64,000 bases of DNA, from the NCBI GenBank assembly GCA_964611335.1, contig CAZSXR010000003.1, forward strand, positions 461,265-525,264. Reading direction: 5' to 3'. Under the pieces are notes generated by a model. It saw only the letters and a program-made list of their open reading frames with translations, did no database searches and was not told where the DNA came from. Shown here piece after piece: positions 47,358 through 56,550 of the stretch (within the stretch, counting starts at the first letter, position 1; each line of letters begins with the position of its first letter). This DNA is from an uncultured Pseudobdellovibrionaceae bacterium. Lineage in GTDB: Bacteria; Bdellovibrionota_B; Oligoflexia; Oligoflexales; Bog-1112. The position numbers and the translations under genes were made by a program.

Positions 47358-48815
47358 TTATTTTTGGCCTTGCATAATCAGAAATTCAAAATCGCTATCT
47401 GCGCAATGTGCACTGCCTAAGCAGCTGCCCGATGCAAGTTTGATGTGTTTTTGAAGGTCTGTGTATTTTGCAAGAAGAACATCACGGAATCTTTTTTGTT
47501 CCTCGATCAGATTGTGAATAAGACCTCTTTCACGTTCATCTCTCGCTTTGCTTGGATCTATAGTCCAACCGAAATCGATGTCGACTTGGCTTTCATCGTT
47601 TGTAAGCTTCAATCGAGTTGTACCGGGGCCGATTGTGGTCATGACGAGATAGGCTCTCCATAGAGAAAGAACACCGAGTTCTATAGGTTTCTGCGTGGAA
47701 ATAGTGAGATCATCTGCAAGATTCGAGAGTAAAAAATCTACAAAAGCGGAAAGTTGAATCACTGTAGGAATACGTAAAAGATTGCGTGTGTTGTAATCAC
47801 AAGAAGGGAAGTAGACAAAAGTTTCTTTGCGATCCTTTACATTTCTTTCAGAAATTTCGATCGCGTCATGTGTGATTTCACGCATTTTTGCAAGAAGTTC
47901 GTTGTAAGATAGGTCAAACATATGAGTCGTTTTCATCATGACTGTCGAAAGAAATCGCAGAGTTTCCCAATCAATGACTTCAGCCTCCAAAAAAACGCTG
48001 TTGTTTTGAGCCTTTTCTGAGACTTTCCTGAGTGCTGCGAGTTTGCGTTTTTCTTTTTCGCGCTTGAGAAGTTCTTCACGTTGGGTTTCATCAAGCCAGT
48101 TGTATGCAAAGACTTTGTAACGGAAACGGTTTAAAAAAGCGGGAGCAGTTGTGCCTAAACCATTCAGCATAAATTGTTCGAAAATTTCGGGAAGATTGGC
48201 ATTGCTTGTAGCAAAAATGGTTTCCGTTTTTGCTTTTATGAGTTTGTTACCAGCCATCACTTCTCTTTCTTCAAGGAGGCTGAGTAAGCTGGAGAGTGCT
48301 GCAGGGTTTCCTTTTTCCGCTTCATCGAGAAGTGCTACAGCGTAATCCGCAAGTGAACCTGTGGTGTTGATTTCGAATTGACCCAGTTTTGCTTTTTCAA
48401 AATTCTGACCACCTGTAAATGCCTGTTCGGTGATCATTTGATGGAGCTGCATCTGGAAAGTAGGATCTTTCTCTCCTTTAAGTATCCATCTTACAAGCGC
48501 AGACTTAGCACTTCCTGGAGGCCCGTAAAGGAACATATTTCCCTTATCTAAACGTGCAAGCGTTGCTGCGTGATGTACGGTTCCTAAATTCAAAAAGGTA
48601 TTGTCGAAAACACGAAAGCGTCTACGCAGTGTGTCTCGCAGTTCGGAAAGTTTAGTGATGCCTTCAGGGGTAAGGCCTTCAAATTCCATGGTTGTTTCGT
48701 TGATATTCACGAGAGAGTTCAGAGTTGAATTTGTAGGAATGTCTGCAAAGCTGGGGCTTGTCATAAAACTCAGAGCCGTATAGAAGCCTACGGTTTTGAC
48801 GAGCTTGAATCTCAT
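47358..48815 (-). CDS. MoxR/RavA-like AAA+ ATPase
   Basis: Walker A LYGPPGSAKSALV, Walker B ALLDEAEKGNPAALSSLLSLLEERE. It is followed immediately by a vWA-domain gene, the classic MoxR-vWA pairing. The N-terminus MRFKLVKTVGFYTALSFMTSPSFA is signal-like. Confidence 0.72.
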   Translation of the reverse strand: MRFKLVKTVGFYTALSFMTSPSFADIPTNSTLNSLVNINETTMEFEGLTPEGITKLSELRDTLRRRFRVFDNTFLNLGTVHHAATLARLDKGNMFLYGPPGSAKSALVRWILKGEKDPTFQMQLHQMITEQAFTGGQNFEKAKLGQFEINTTGSLADYAVALLDEAEKGNPAALSSLLSLLEEREVMAGNKLIKAKTETIFATSNANLPEIFEQFMLNGLGTTAPAFLNRFRYKVFAYNWLDETQREELLKREKEKRKLAALRKVSEKAQNNSVFLEAEVIDWETLRFLSTVMMKTTHMFDLSYNELLAKMREITHDAIEISERNVKDRKETFVYFPSCDYNTRNLLRIPTVIQLSAFVDFLLSNLADDLTISTQKPIELGVLSLWRAYLVMTTIGPGTTRLKLTNDESQVDIDFGWTIDPSKARDERERGLIHNLIEEQKRFRDVLLAKYTDLQKHIKLASGSCLGSAHCADSDFEFLIMQGQK

Positions 48816-48900
48816 GTTGAGTCTTCCTTTTTGAAATCAAAGATCTTTAAAGGAAGTCAATCTATGTGAAACTGTATGAGGGGATTATTATCAGGATATG

Positions 48901-49863
48901 TCAAAACAACACGGTCATTCCTGCTCCCATAGTTTGTCCTGCAAATAACGGATTGAAGAGATACACGGGTTCCACTCTTCGACCACTTTTATTTTTCAAA
49001 TTCGCTTCTTCAATTTTACGATAATTGTTCACAGCTATTTCTCCAAAGGCATAACCAATTCCAATTGCAAGTGGATAATCGCTGAACCAATGCACACCGT
49101 TGTTCATCATTTGAAAACTCAGTAGAGTTAATAAACTGATACCAAGAGGTTTGATGAATACATACTCAGGATAATTTTTTGCAATCACTGTGAGTGTCAT
49201 CGTACCCGTAGCTAGATGCCCTGAAGGAAAAGCATCATAAGCTGGAACATCTTTGTGATAAGCTCGTTGATTCGGAAAAAATCTCCATTGTCCGCGGTCG
49301 CGTGTTCGCACTCCTGGGCTTTCTCTTCCTGTAATATGTTTAAGAAACTGTGTTGTAAAACCTGTCGTCAACAAACCCTCAAAAATAGCGTAACTCGTGC
49401 TCCAAGCTCTATAATCTTCCGCAAAATATCCATATCCTAAAAAAGCAACAGCGAGGGAAAGATGAGTCCATCCATCTCCAATAAAATACATCCAAGAACC
49501 TAAATCTGTAGGACCTCGAACGTTGAAGGAAGAGATTTTAAAAAAAGTTTTAGTATTGTCTTTTGATGCAATGTTGAGTTTTTTCCCCCAATCTTGAGCA
49601 CCTATAAGCAAATCTTCATCATAGTAAATAGTAAGAGCTGTGCTTGCTGCAATCGCTAAGATGTGAGGAAGATGTTTACGATCGATGTCGTTTTCATAAA
49701 GGAGTTTGAAGTCTTTAAAAAAATTCGAGACGAAAGGAATACCGCTGGGTCTTGAATAATTATATGTCTCGTTCTCTGAAACTTTGTAAGTCTGAGTATC
49801 TTCCGCATGCAGTGCAGAAGATATAAGAAAGCAAAAGAAAAAAGATCTATAACGTAGCTTCAT
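48901..49863 (-). CDS. PAP2-superfamily phosphatase (exported)
   Basis: KHITGRESP, FPSGH and HWFSD match the three PAP2 motifs, approximately. The start MKLRYRSFFFCFLISSALHA (ATG 49863) gives a signal peptide. Confidence 0.6.
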   Translation of the reverse strand: MKLRYRSFFFCFLISSALHAEDTQTYKVSENETYNYSRPSGIPFVSNFFKDFKLLYENDIDRKHLPHILAIAASTALTIYYDEDLLIGAQDWGKKLNIASKDNTKTFFKISSFNVRGPTDLGSWMYFIGDGWTHLSLAVAFLGYGYFAEDYRAWSTSYAIFEGLLTTGFTTQFLKHITGRESPGVRTRDRGQWRFFPNQRAYHKDVPAYDAFPSGHLATGTMTLTVIAKNYPEYVFIKPLGISLLTLLSFQMMNNGVHWFSDYPLAIGIGYAFGEIAVNNYRKIEEANLKNKSGRRVEPVYLFNPLFAGQTMGAGMTVLF

Positions 49864-49908
49864 CAATTTTGAACTCCCAATATTTAAAATCCTGGCTATA
49901 ATAAAAAA

Positions 49909-51138
49909 ATGCAAATCCAAAAATCTTCAGAAAATTTGATTATTTTCATACTCTCGGGATTGTTTTTCTTTCACATCCTAGAGTTTATGATCATTATGCC
50001 TTTAGGTCCCCAATTGATGCAGGTTCTAGGGATCAATGCGACGCAATTCAGTCACCTTGTAGCTGTTTACAATTTTGCTGCGGCCACAAGTGGAGTTTTA
50101 GGTCTCTTTTGGATGGATCGCTGGGACCGTAAAAAAGTTTTGATCGTCGTAAATGTACTCTTTGCTTTTGGTACTGCAATCTGTTTTATGACGACAAGTT
50201 ATCCTGCGCTCTTAACTGCGAGGTTTCTTACAGGTGCTTTCGGTGGTGTAATTGGCGCACTCTGTATGACGGTTATCGGTGATCTTGTTCCTATGGAAAG
50301 ACGGGGTTTTGCTATGAGCAAACTCATGTCCGCGTTTTCTCTTGCATCCATAGCAGGTATACCTTTGGGCTTGAGTCTGGCGGCTCATTTTTCTTGGCAA
50401 ACGCCTTTTATCGTAATCACTTCTGGCAGTTTATTATTCTGCACTATTGCTTATTTTAAAATGCCCCCTTTGAGATCACACTTGCACGAAGGCATGAAAA
50501 CTTCTTTTAAAGACTTACTCGAAATTGTTTTAGATCATAAACATCATCTGTGTTTTGTTTTTATGGTGCTGCTCATGTTCAGTCAGTTTATGGTCATTCC
50601 CTTTATCAGCTCTGCGCTTGTTGGAAATGCAGGAATGACGCAGGGGCAATTGCCTCTTGTGTATTTGGTAGGTGGTCTTGCGACTGCAATTACAAACCCG
50701 AGCATTGGAAAACTTTCTGATTATTATAAGAAAGAATTTATTTTTAAAATTTGTGCTGTAATGGCGTGGATTCCCCTTCTCATACTGACACATCAAGGAG
50801 CTTCCTCTTTGTTTTTTTGCATCTTCGTAACAACATTATTTTTTATTTTCAACAGTGGACGTATGTCTCCTGCTATGGCTATCATTACATCGGTGGTTGA
50901 AGCGCATAAACGTGGACGCTTCATGAGTTTAAATTCTGCTGTGCAACAAGCGTCAGCTGGTCTTGCTGCATGGTTGGGTGGTATGATTGTCACAAGTGAT
51001 ACAAGTGGGAAACTGCACGGTTTATATTTTACTGGTTACATTTCCGTTCTTGCTGGCTTTTTGAGTGTCTACTGGGTGCGACGACTGTCCTTTACCTCCA
51101 CTGTTCAACGCACTGACAGTATTCAAGAAAGTGAGTAA
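49909..51138 (+). CDS. MFS transporter
   Basis: 409 aa, 12 TM helices, with a DRWDRKK loop motif between TM2 and TM3. Confidence 0.78.
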   Translation: MQIQKSSENLIIFILSGLFFFHILEFMIIMPLGPQLMQVLGINATQFSHLVAVYNFAAATSGVLGLFWMDRWDRKKVLIVVNVLFAFGTAICFMTTSYPALLTARFLTGAFGGVIGALCMTVIGDLVPMERRGFAMSKLMSAFSLASIAGIPLGLSLAAHFSWQTPFIVITSGSLLFCTIAYFKMPPLRSHLHEGMKTSFKDLLEIVLDHKHHLCFVFMVLLMFSQFMVIPFISSALVGNAGMTQGQLPLVYLVGGLATAITNPSIGKLSDYYKKEFIFKICAVMAWIPLLILTHQGASSLFFCIFVTTLFFIFNSGRMSPAMAIITSVVEAHKRGRFMSLNSAVQQASAGLAAWLGGMIVTSDTSGKLHGLYFTGYISVLAGFLSVYWVRRLSFTSTVQRTDSIQESE

Positions 51139-51181
51139 AAAATCCGATAGGCTATGTGGTTGAGTCTAAGAGGGGATCTTC

Positions 51182-53950
51182 GTGAGTTTTGAAAAAAGCT
51201 TAAAAAACAGGATCTTAGCATTAATAGGGGCTTTGTCCTTTATAATGGTGTTAACCCTAATGCTTACGCGTTGTGGTCAAGTTTATGATCCCTTTGCGAA
51301 CTCCAAAAATGCTGCAGCTCGGGAGATTGTTAAAGTTCCAGTGAGTTTTAGTTCGGGAGCAACAGGACTTGATCTTGCAACAGCTCTCAGTGATGTATAC
51401 CTCTCGATTACGGGATGCAGTTCAGGTTACACGCAATCGAATTTTTTATTTAATGGAAGCACGGTTAATTTTTATTTGAATGACACCGGTTGTTTGCTCT
51501 CTATTTGCTCTTTCACATACAACAGCGAGAATTACACAACGGCTTGTTCTAGTTTTAATACAACGGTTGGAGCTCTCACAACCTTCACGGGTACAGGGGG
51601 AGCGAATCCTGGTGGAGATACGGTTTATGCTTATGTTGGTACACAGATTACAGGTCCTATTACGGGAAGTGTAAGTGCAAGTTTTTATATCCTTGAAAAC
51701 GATAATTTTTCAAACTTCAATCTTCCGATAACTACGAATGTGATTCAGATTTCAAACAACACTCCGAGTTCAGCTCCCTATACCGTTCCTGCAGCAAGTA
51801 CAAGTTCCGTGCAATTTGGATTCAAACTGCTTTATCCTAATCCACCACCTTCAACGGCTGTTACCGTCAATTACAGTGTTGTAGGTTCTGCAGTAGCGGG
51901 AACAGATTACACAGCACCAAGCGGCAGTGTGACCATTCCAGCAAACGCTTCAACTGCGACAGCAACGGTCACCTTATTGACAACGAATACGCAAGCTAGA
52001 GAGACACAAAGTTTAGGTTTGCTTGTTGCGGGAAGTTCAGGATTTCAAGGTTCTGCAACTTATGTGGGTTATGGAAATCCAGCAGTCATGATTACAAATA
52101 CTTCTACAGCTATTCCTGCAGTAGGAAACCCAGGGTTAGCTTACCAAGGAACTCCAACAACGATTACTCCGAGTACCGGTACTGTGACAAGTTGGGCGGA
52201 TGCTTCTGGATCAGGGTTAGGAGTTGCATTTACAGCAAGTGGAAGCCCTACTGTAAATACAGGAGTGAATGGGATCAATAATTTGAGTGCTATTCAGTTC
52301 AGCGGATCCAATTATTTACGTATTACATCGAATAGAGCAGCAGTGAACTCTGCTACAAGCTATGCAAGTAAGCTGATATCCATGGTCTTCCAAACTTCCA
52401 GTGATGTGACGACACGACAAATTCTCTTCAACCAAGGAACAACAACGGACGGAATCAATCTTTATATTTATAATGGACAACTTTATGCAAATAGATGGGC
52501 AGCGTCAGGAAGTAGTAACGTAGCTTCTGCCTATATTTTACCAAATTCAGCATATAGCGCCTCTTTGTATTTCAGCTCTACAAATACAGTTCTCAAACTC
52601 TATATTTCGGGTGTTCAGGTTGATCAGGTCACTATTCCTAGTACAGCTTTAGCTAGATCGAATAATACAAATTCTGTGGGGATAGGTGGTGGTGCTGGTG
52701 GTGGTGCAAAGTTTGAAAACAATACAACTACGACAGCCGTTCAAGGATTTCAAGGTGAAATTGCTGAGATTCTTTATTTCAATAACCCTGTTTATACCGA
52801 TGTTCAGATTCGTGGTGTGCATGGTTATCTCGATGCAAAATATGCTTTGACCTATCCTGCTGTCACGATCAGTGCTGCAAATGCGAACATGGGTGAAAAT
52901 GATTCCTTTGCAAAAGGTTTTCTCATCACACGTTCCATTCCTACATCCAGTCCTCTTACGGTTTATTACACAACAAGTGGAACCGCTATTGCAGGAACGC
53001 ATTATACGGTTCTTCCAGGCTCTGTAACTATACCTGCGTACAATTCCAGTGTGTATACTTATCTAAGTCCCATCAACAATGGAACCATCGGTGATACACA
53101 CACACTAACGATGACACTTGCCAATGACGCAGGAAATGGAACAAGCCCACAAACCTATATAGGTGCACCTAACTCTGCAAGTCTCAATATTGTGGATTAT
53201 GTTGCCCCAACTTCTGCGACTCTCATTTCATGGTTGAATGCTGCATTAGGTGTAACAACTGCGGGCGGAAATGTTTCAACGTGGACAGATCAGAGTGGAA
53301 AAGCAATCAGCGCAACAGGAGCCTCTAGTCACTTTCCTACAAGTGTCACTTCCTCAACTCCAAACTATATTAACTTCAACGGGACATCGACTGCGAATGC
53401 TCAAGATTTTTCACTCGCAACAAGCGCTTTATTAGACTCTGCTGCAAGTTATACTCAGAAAACTTTTGCCTTCGTTTTCCGAACAGGAACGGACGTCGCA
53501 ACTCGTCAGATCATATACAAGCAAGGAAGTTCCACAAACGGAATGAATATTGTAATCAGTGGAGGTAATATTTATTTTACAGGATATGGAACGGGATGGG
53601 GTACAAGTCCCAACTCTATTTCTGCTGCTGTAAGTGCAAGCACAATTTATGAAGTGATCTTCGAATTCGATCAAGTGAATGGCCAACTGCGTGGAAAAAT
53701 GAATCGTTCCGTTATAACGCCTGTTACAACGGGAGTTGGAACTTTAACGGGTGTTGCAACAAGTACGGCAATCGGAGCGAATAAACTATCCAGTATTCGT
53801 TTCTTCGATAACACCACTACAAGTACTGCAAACGCAAACTTCTTAGTCACAAATTCTAGAATATATGAAGTCCTCCTGTTCAATGGAATTTTGAACTCCG
53901 ATGAATTCTCTACTCTTGAAAAGTACCTTTTAAATAAATATGGTCTTTAA
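51182..53950 (+). CDS. Large surface protein: N-terminal family module plus 2 x (Calx-beta plus LamG/ConA-like lectin) units
   Basis: GTG start after AAGAGGGGA; signal anchor. Calx-beta motifs are VNYSVVGSAVAGTDYTAPSGSVTIPA and VYYTTSGTAIAGTHYTVLPGSVTIPA. Each is followed by a homologous ~230-aa LamG-like block (SYASKLISMVFQTSSDVTTRQILFNQG and SYTQKTFAFVFRTGTDVATRQIIYKQG). Confidence 0.62.
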   Translation: MSFEKSLKNRILALIGALSFIMVLTLMLTRCGQVYDPFANSKNAAAREIVKVPVSFSSGATGLDLATALSDVYLSITGCSSGYTQSNFLFNGSTVNFYLNDTGCLLSICSFTYNSENYTTACSSFNTTVGALTTFTGTGGANPGGDTVYAYVGTQITGPITGSVSASFYILENDNFSNFNLPITTNVIQISNNTPSSAPYTVPAASTSSVQFGFKLLYPNPPPSTAVTVNYSVVGSAVAGTDYTAPSGSVTIPANASTATATVTLLTTNTQARETQSLGLLVAGSSGFQGSATYVGYGNPAVMITNTSTAIPAVGNPGLAYQGTPTTITPSTGTVTSWADASGSGLGVAFTASGSPTVNTGVNGINNLSAIQFSGSNYLRITSNRAAVNSATSYASKLISMVFQTSSDVTTRQILFNQGTTTDGINLYIYNGQLYANRWAASGSSNVASAYILPNSAYSASLYFSSTNTVLKLYISGVQVDQVTIPSTALARSNNTNSVGIGGGAGGGAKFENNTTTTAVQGFQGEIAEILYFNNPVYTDVQIRGVHGYLDAKYALTYPAVTISAANANMGENDSFAKGFLITRSIPTSSPLTVYYTTSGTAIAGTHYTVLPGSVTIPAYNSSVYTYLSPINNGTIGDTHTLTMTLANDAGNGTSPQTYIGAPNSASLNIVDYVAPTSATLISWLNAALGVTTAGGNVSTWTDQSGKAISATGASSHFPTSVTSSTPNYINFNGTSTANAQDFSLATSALLDSAASYTQKTFAFVFRTGTDVATRQIIYKQGSSTNGMNIVISGGNIYFTGYGTGWGTSPNSISAAVSASTIYEVIFEFDQVNGQLRGKMNRSVITPVTTGVGTLTGVATSTAIGANKLSSIRFFDNTTTSTANANFLVTNSRIYEVLLFNGILNSDEFSTLEKYLLNKYGL

Positions 53951-54006
53951 GATCGCCCCAAAAAAATCCTAATTTTGTTTTAAAAACAGCATTTTAACAT
54001 GATTTT

Positions 54007-54034
54007 TAAGTTTTTTCACAAGAAACTCCGTTAA
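54007..54034 (+). promoter_or_regulatory. Sigma-28 (FliA)-like promoter candidate upstream of surface-protein paralogue 1
   Basis: TAAGTTTT-N12-TCCGTTAA, compared with the textbook TAAAGTTT-N11-GCCGATAA. It lies 41 nt upstream of ATG 54076. Confidence 0.3.
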
Positions 54035-54075
54035 GGAGTGTGAACAATTGTGGGTGAAACAATTTAGGTTTGACT

Positions 54076-55206
54076 ATGAGACGTTTTGGTACAAATTGGC
54101 TTCTTGCAAGCGTAGCAGTAGCGCCTCTTCTGCTTGCAAAATATTCCTGTGGCCCGAAAGGCTCCTCTGGTGATTTGAGTTCAAGTTCCAACGCAACAGC
54201 GCTTCAAAAAATTACGATTCCTATTTCTTTGTCTCAATCCACTTCTAATATGAATGCTTTAAATCTCAATTCCTTATCACTTGCTGCTCCAGGTGGTGTA
54301 AGTGTGGATAGTTTTGTGATGACTCTTGCAAACTGTACTTCTGGTCTTTCAGGCACGAACTCTTCGCAAACCGTTATGAATGTATATTTGAACGACACGA
54401 ATTGTTTGGCAAAACTAACCTCTTTCGTTCTACATTCTCAGTCTTATATCCCCAGCGGAACAGGATCGAGTCCCTTTACAACATGGTTGGCAGGAGACAC
54501 AGCTATTTTTAGAGGCGCAAGCAATACAGATCTTATCAATGTGAAAGTTGTAAGTCAGTTGTCTTCGCCTATACTCACACCAGACGTGATCAGTTATGAA
54601 TTTACAATTTTAAAATCAGGTACCAACAGTGCGTCCATTACAGTCTCCAATGCATTGAGTATTTACACTGCTGGACAGGATGCTCCGAATTTTCAAATCA
54701 ATAGTGGTGGTGGACTTCTCACAGGACTTGTATCTTCAGGTGGATCTGCAGGTGCAGGTATTTTTACTTTTCAGTTGATATGTTCAGTCAGTGCCATGAC
54801 TGTGGGTGCGAATCCAAGTTATAACTCTTTCTGTCCAACTGTAACACCAGGTGGAACCATTGCAGGAGGAGCTTCGGGTGTAGATATAGGCAATGCAAGT
54901 GCATTCAGTTACAAATTGATTGCAGATCCTAACAATGCTCCGAGTGGAGGGACTTTAACATTAGCGCAAGCTATCGCAGCATTTGTTGCAGGTGGTGATA
55001 CGACTGTAACTTTAGGAGCTGGGGTGATCACTTCCGGTTCTACAGGATTCAATACTGTTGCTTTGACAGGGCCAGGACCCATAGCAAGCAATCAAAAAAT
55101 GATACTCATCTTACAAGCAAAGAATACAAATCCTACTTACTCATCGAATCCTAATTATTCATCTTTTCAATATTTCCCTATTACTTTACCGACCGTAAAT
55201 CCTTAG
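54076..55206 (+). CDS. Exported surface protein, tandem paralogue 1
   Basis: Signal MRRFGTNWLLASVAVAPLLLAKYSC. Conserved blocks: DSFVMTLANCTSGLSGTNSS, VYLNDTNC, KLTSFVLHSQSY, GANPSYNSFC, YSSFQYFPIT. Confidence 0.6.
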   Translation: MRRFGTNWLLASVAVAPLLLAKYSCGPKGSSGDLSSSSNATALQKITIPISLSQSTSNMNALNLNSLSLAAPGGVSVDSFVMTLANCTSGLSGTNSSQTVMNVYLNDTNCLAKLTSFVLHSQSYIPSGTGSSPFTTWLAGDTAIFRGASNTDLINVKVVSQLSSPILTPDVISYEFTILKSGTNSASITVSNALSIYTAGQDAPNFQINSGGGLLTGLVSSGGSAGAGIFTFQLICSVSAMTVGANPSYNSFCPTVTPGGTIAGGASGVDIGNASAFSYKLIADPNNAPSGGTLTLAQAIAAFVAGGDTTVTLGAGVITSGSTGFNTVALTGPGPIASNQKMILILQAKNTNPTYSSNPNYSSFQYFPITLPTVNP

Positions 55207-55231
55207 AAAAACAACAGCTTGGAAGAAAATT

Positions 55232-55258
55232 TAAGGTTTAGCAAAGGAATTCCGTTAA
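55232..55258 (+). promoter_or_regulatory. Sigma-28 (FliA)-like promoter candidate upstream of surface-protein paralogue 2
   Basis: TAAGGTTT-N11-TCCGTTAA. It matches 7/8 and 6/8 of the sigma-28 -35 and -10 consensus at canonical spacing, 45 nt upstream of ATG 55304. Confidence 0.35.
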
Positions 55259-55303
55259 GCTTAGTGGGTTTATCCGAATGGTTTTTTGAATTTAGAGGAA
55301 CAT

Positions 55304-56419
55304 ATGGGGTTCTTTGGGCGTTTGTGTGCAAATTCAAAAAGCCTAGTTTTTGCAAGTTTGGTTTTTGTTTTGGCATCTTGTGGTGGGGGAAGTGATGGAG
55401 GTGCTTCTTCAAGTGATGCAGCTTCAAGTGATACAACAGCTGGAGCAAGCTCCTCATATTCATCTAATGCAATTTCAGATAAACCAGGTTTTACGTTCAT
55501 TAATATTCCTATTATTTTATCCGTATCAACGGGACTTGAATTGACAAGTTCCAATCCGACTGCTGCAGATAGTTTTGTGATGACTCTAGCGAACTGTGCT
55601 TCAGGACTCTCGGGAACAAATTCTTCTCCTACAACGGTCAAAGTTTATTTAAATGACACAAGCTGCATTGTAAAATTGACATCCTTTGTTTTGAATTCCG
55701 AATCTTTCACACCCACAACGAATTTCACAACGTGGTTAGTAAACGACACAGCAGTGTTCACAGGTGCTACAAGTGGAAACAAAGTCAGTTTGAAAGTTAC
55801 AAATCAGCTGTCCTCTCCTATAGTAAACACAGACAGTGTTGGATATCTCTTCACAGTTATCAGCGCTTCTTCAACAAGTACTATTATTCCATCATCTCAA
55901 TCAGGAAGCCTTTCTGTTACGGGTATTCATGCTCCAGACTTCGTTATCAACAGTGGGAATGCGATATGGAACGGATTGCAAACTTCAGGTGGGCATACAG
56001 GATATGGAATCTTTAGCTTCACACTCACATGTTCTAGTGGCATCATGACAGTGGGAGCGAATCCAAGTTATAACTCTTTCTGCTCAACAACAACGGGATC
56101 TAATGACGGTGTAGATATTGGTGTTGCAAACTATTTTAGTTATAAATTGATCAACGATGCAAGTGGTGTAGGAACCCTCACTTTGTCAGCTGCGCAAGCT
56201 GCATTTACAGCAGGTGGTGACAGTGCGGTGACTCTGAGTACAGATATACTTGCGAATTCGAGCGGATTTAAAATTACGAATATCGATGGTCCAGGTCCTG
56301 CTCAGAGCAATCCAAAGATGTTGCTTGTTTTACAAAGAAAGAATCCTAATCACCCTGGTGATTCCACCTATTCTTCCTTCCAATATTTCCCAATAACGGT
56401 ACAAACTATCACTCCTTGA
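55304..56419 (+). CDS. Exported surface lipoprotein, tandem paralogue 2
   Basis: ATG 55304 after AGAGGA. Lipobox VLASCGGG. The same conserved blocks are present (DSFVMTLANCASGLSGTNSS, VYLNDTSC, GANPSYNSFC, YSSFQYFPIT). Confidence 0.62.
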   Translation: MGFFGRLCANSKSLVFASLVFVLASCGGGSDGGASSSDAASSDTTAGASSSYSSNAISDKPGFTFINIPIILSVSTGLELTSSNPTAADSFVMTLANCASGLSGTNSSPTTVKVYLNDTSCIVKLTSFVLNSESFTPTTNFTTWLVNDTAVFTGATSGNKVSLKVTNQLSSPIVNTDSVGYLFTVISASSTSTIIPSSQSGSLSVTGIHAPDFVINSGNAIWNGLQTSGGHTGYGIFSFTLTCSSGIMTVGANPSYNSFCSTTTGSNDGVDIGVANYFSYKLINDASGVGTLTLSAAQAAFTAGGDSAVTLSTDILANSSGFKITNIDGPGPAQSNPKMLLVLQRKNPNHPGDSTYSSFQYFPITVQTITP

Positions 56420-56550
56420 TAATTAAAAAATAAGCTCAGTTTTCTGTATTAGATAAGGGGGGTTTGTCCCTCTTTCTTTGGTCTATTCCCTCATCTTTTT
56501 CTAAAGCATACCGCTAAGTAGAGGGAAGCATTTCTCCAAGAGAGGTTGTT

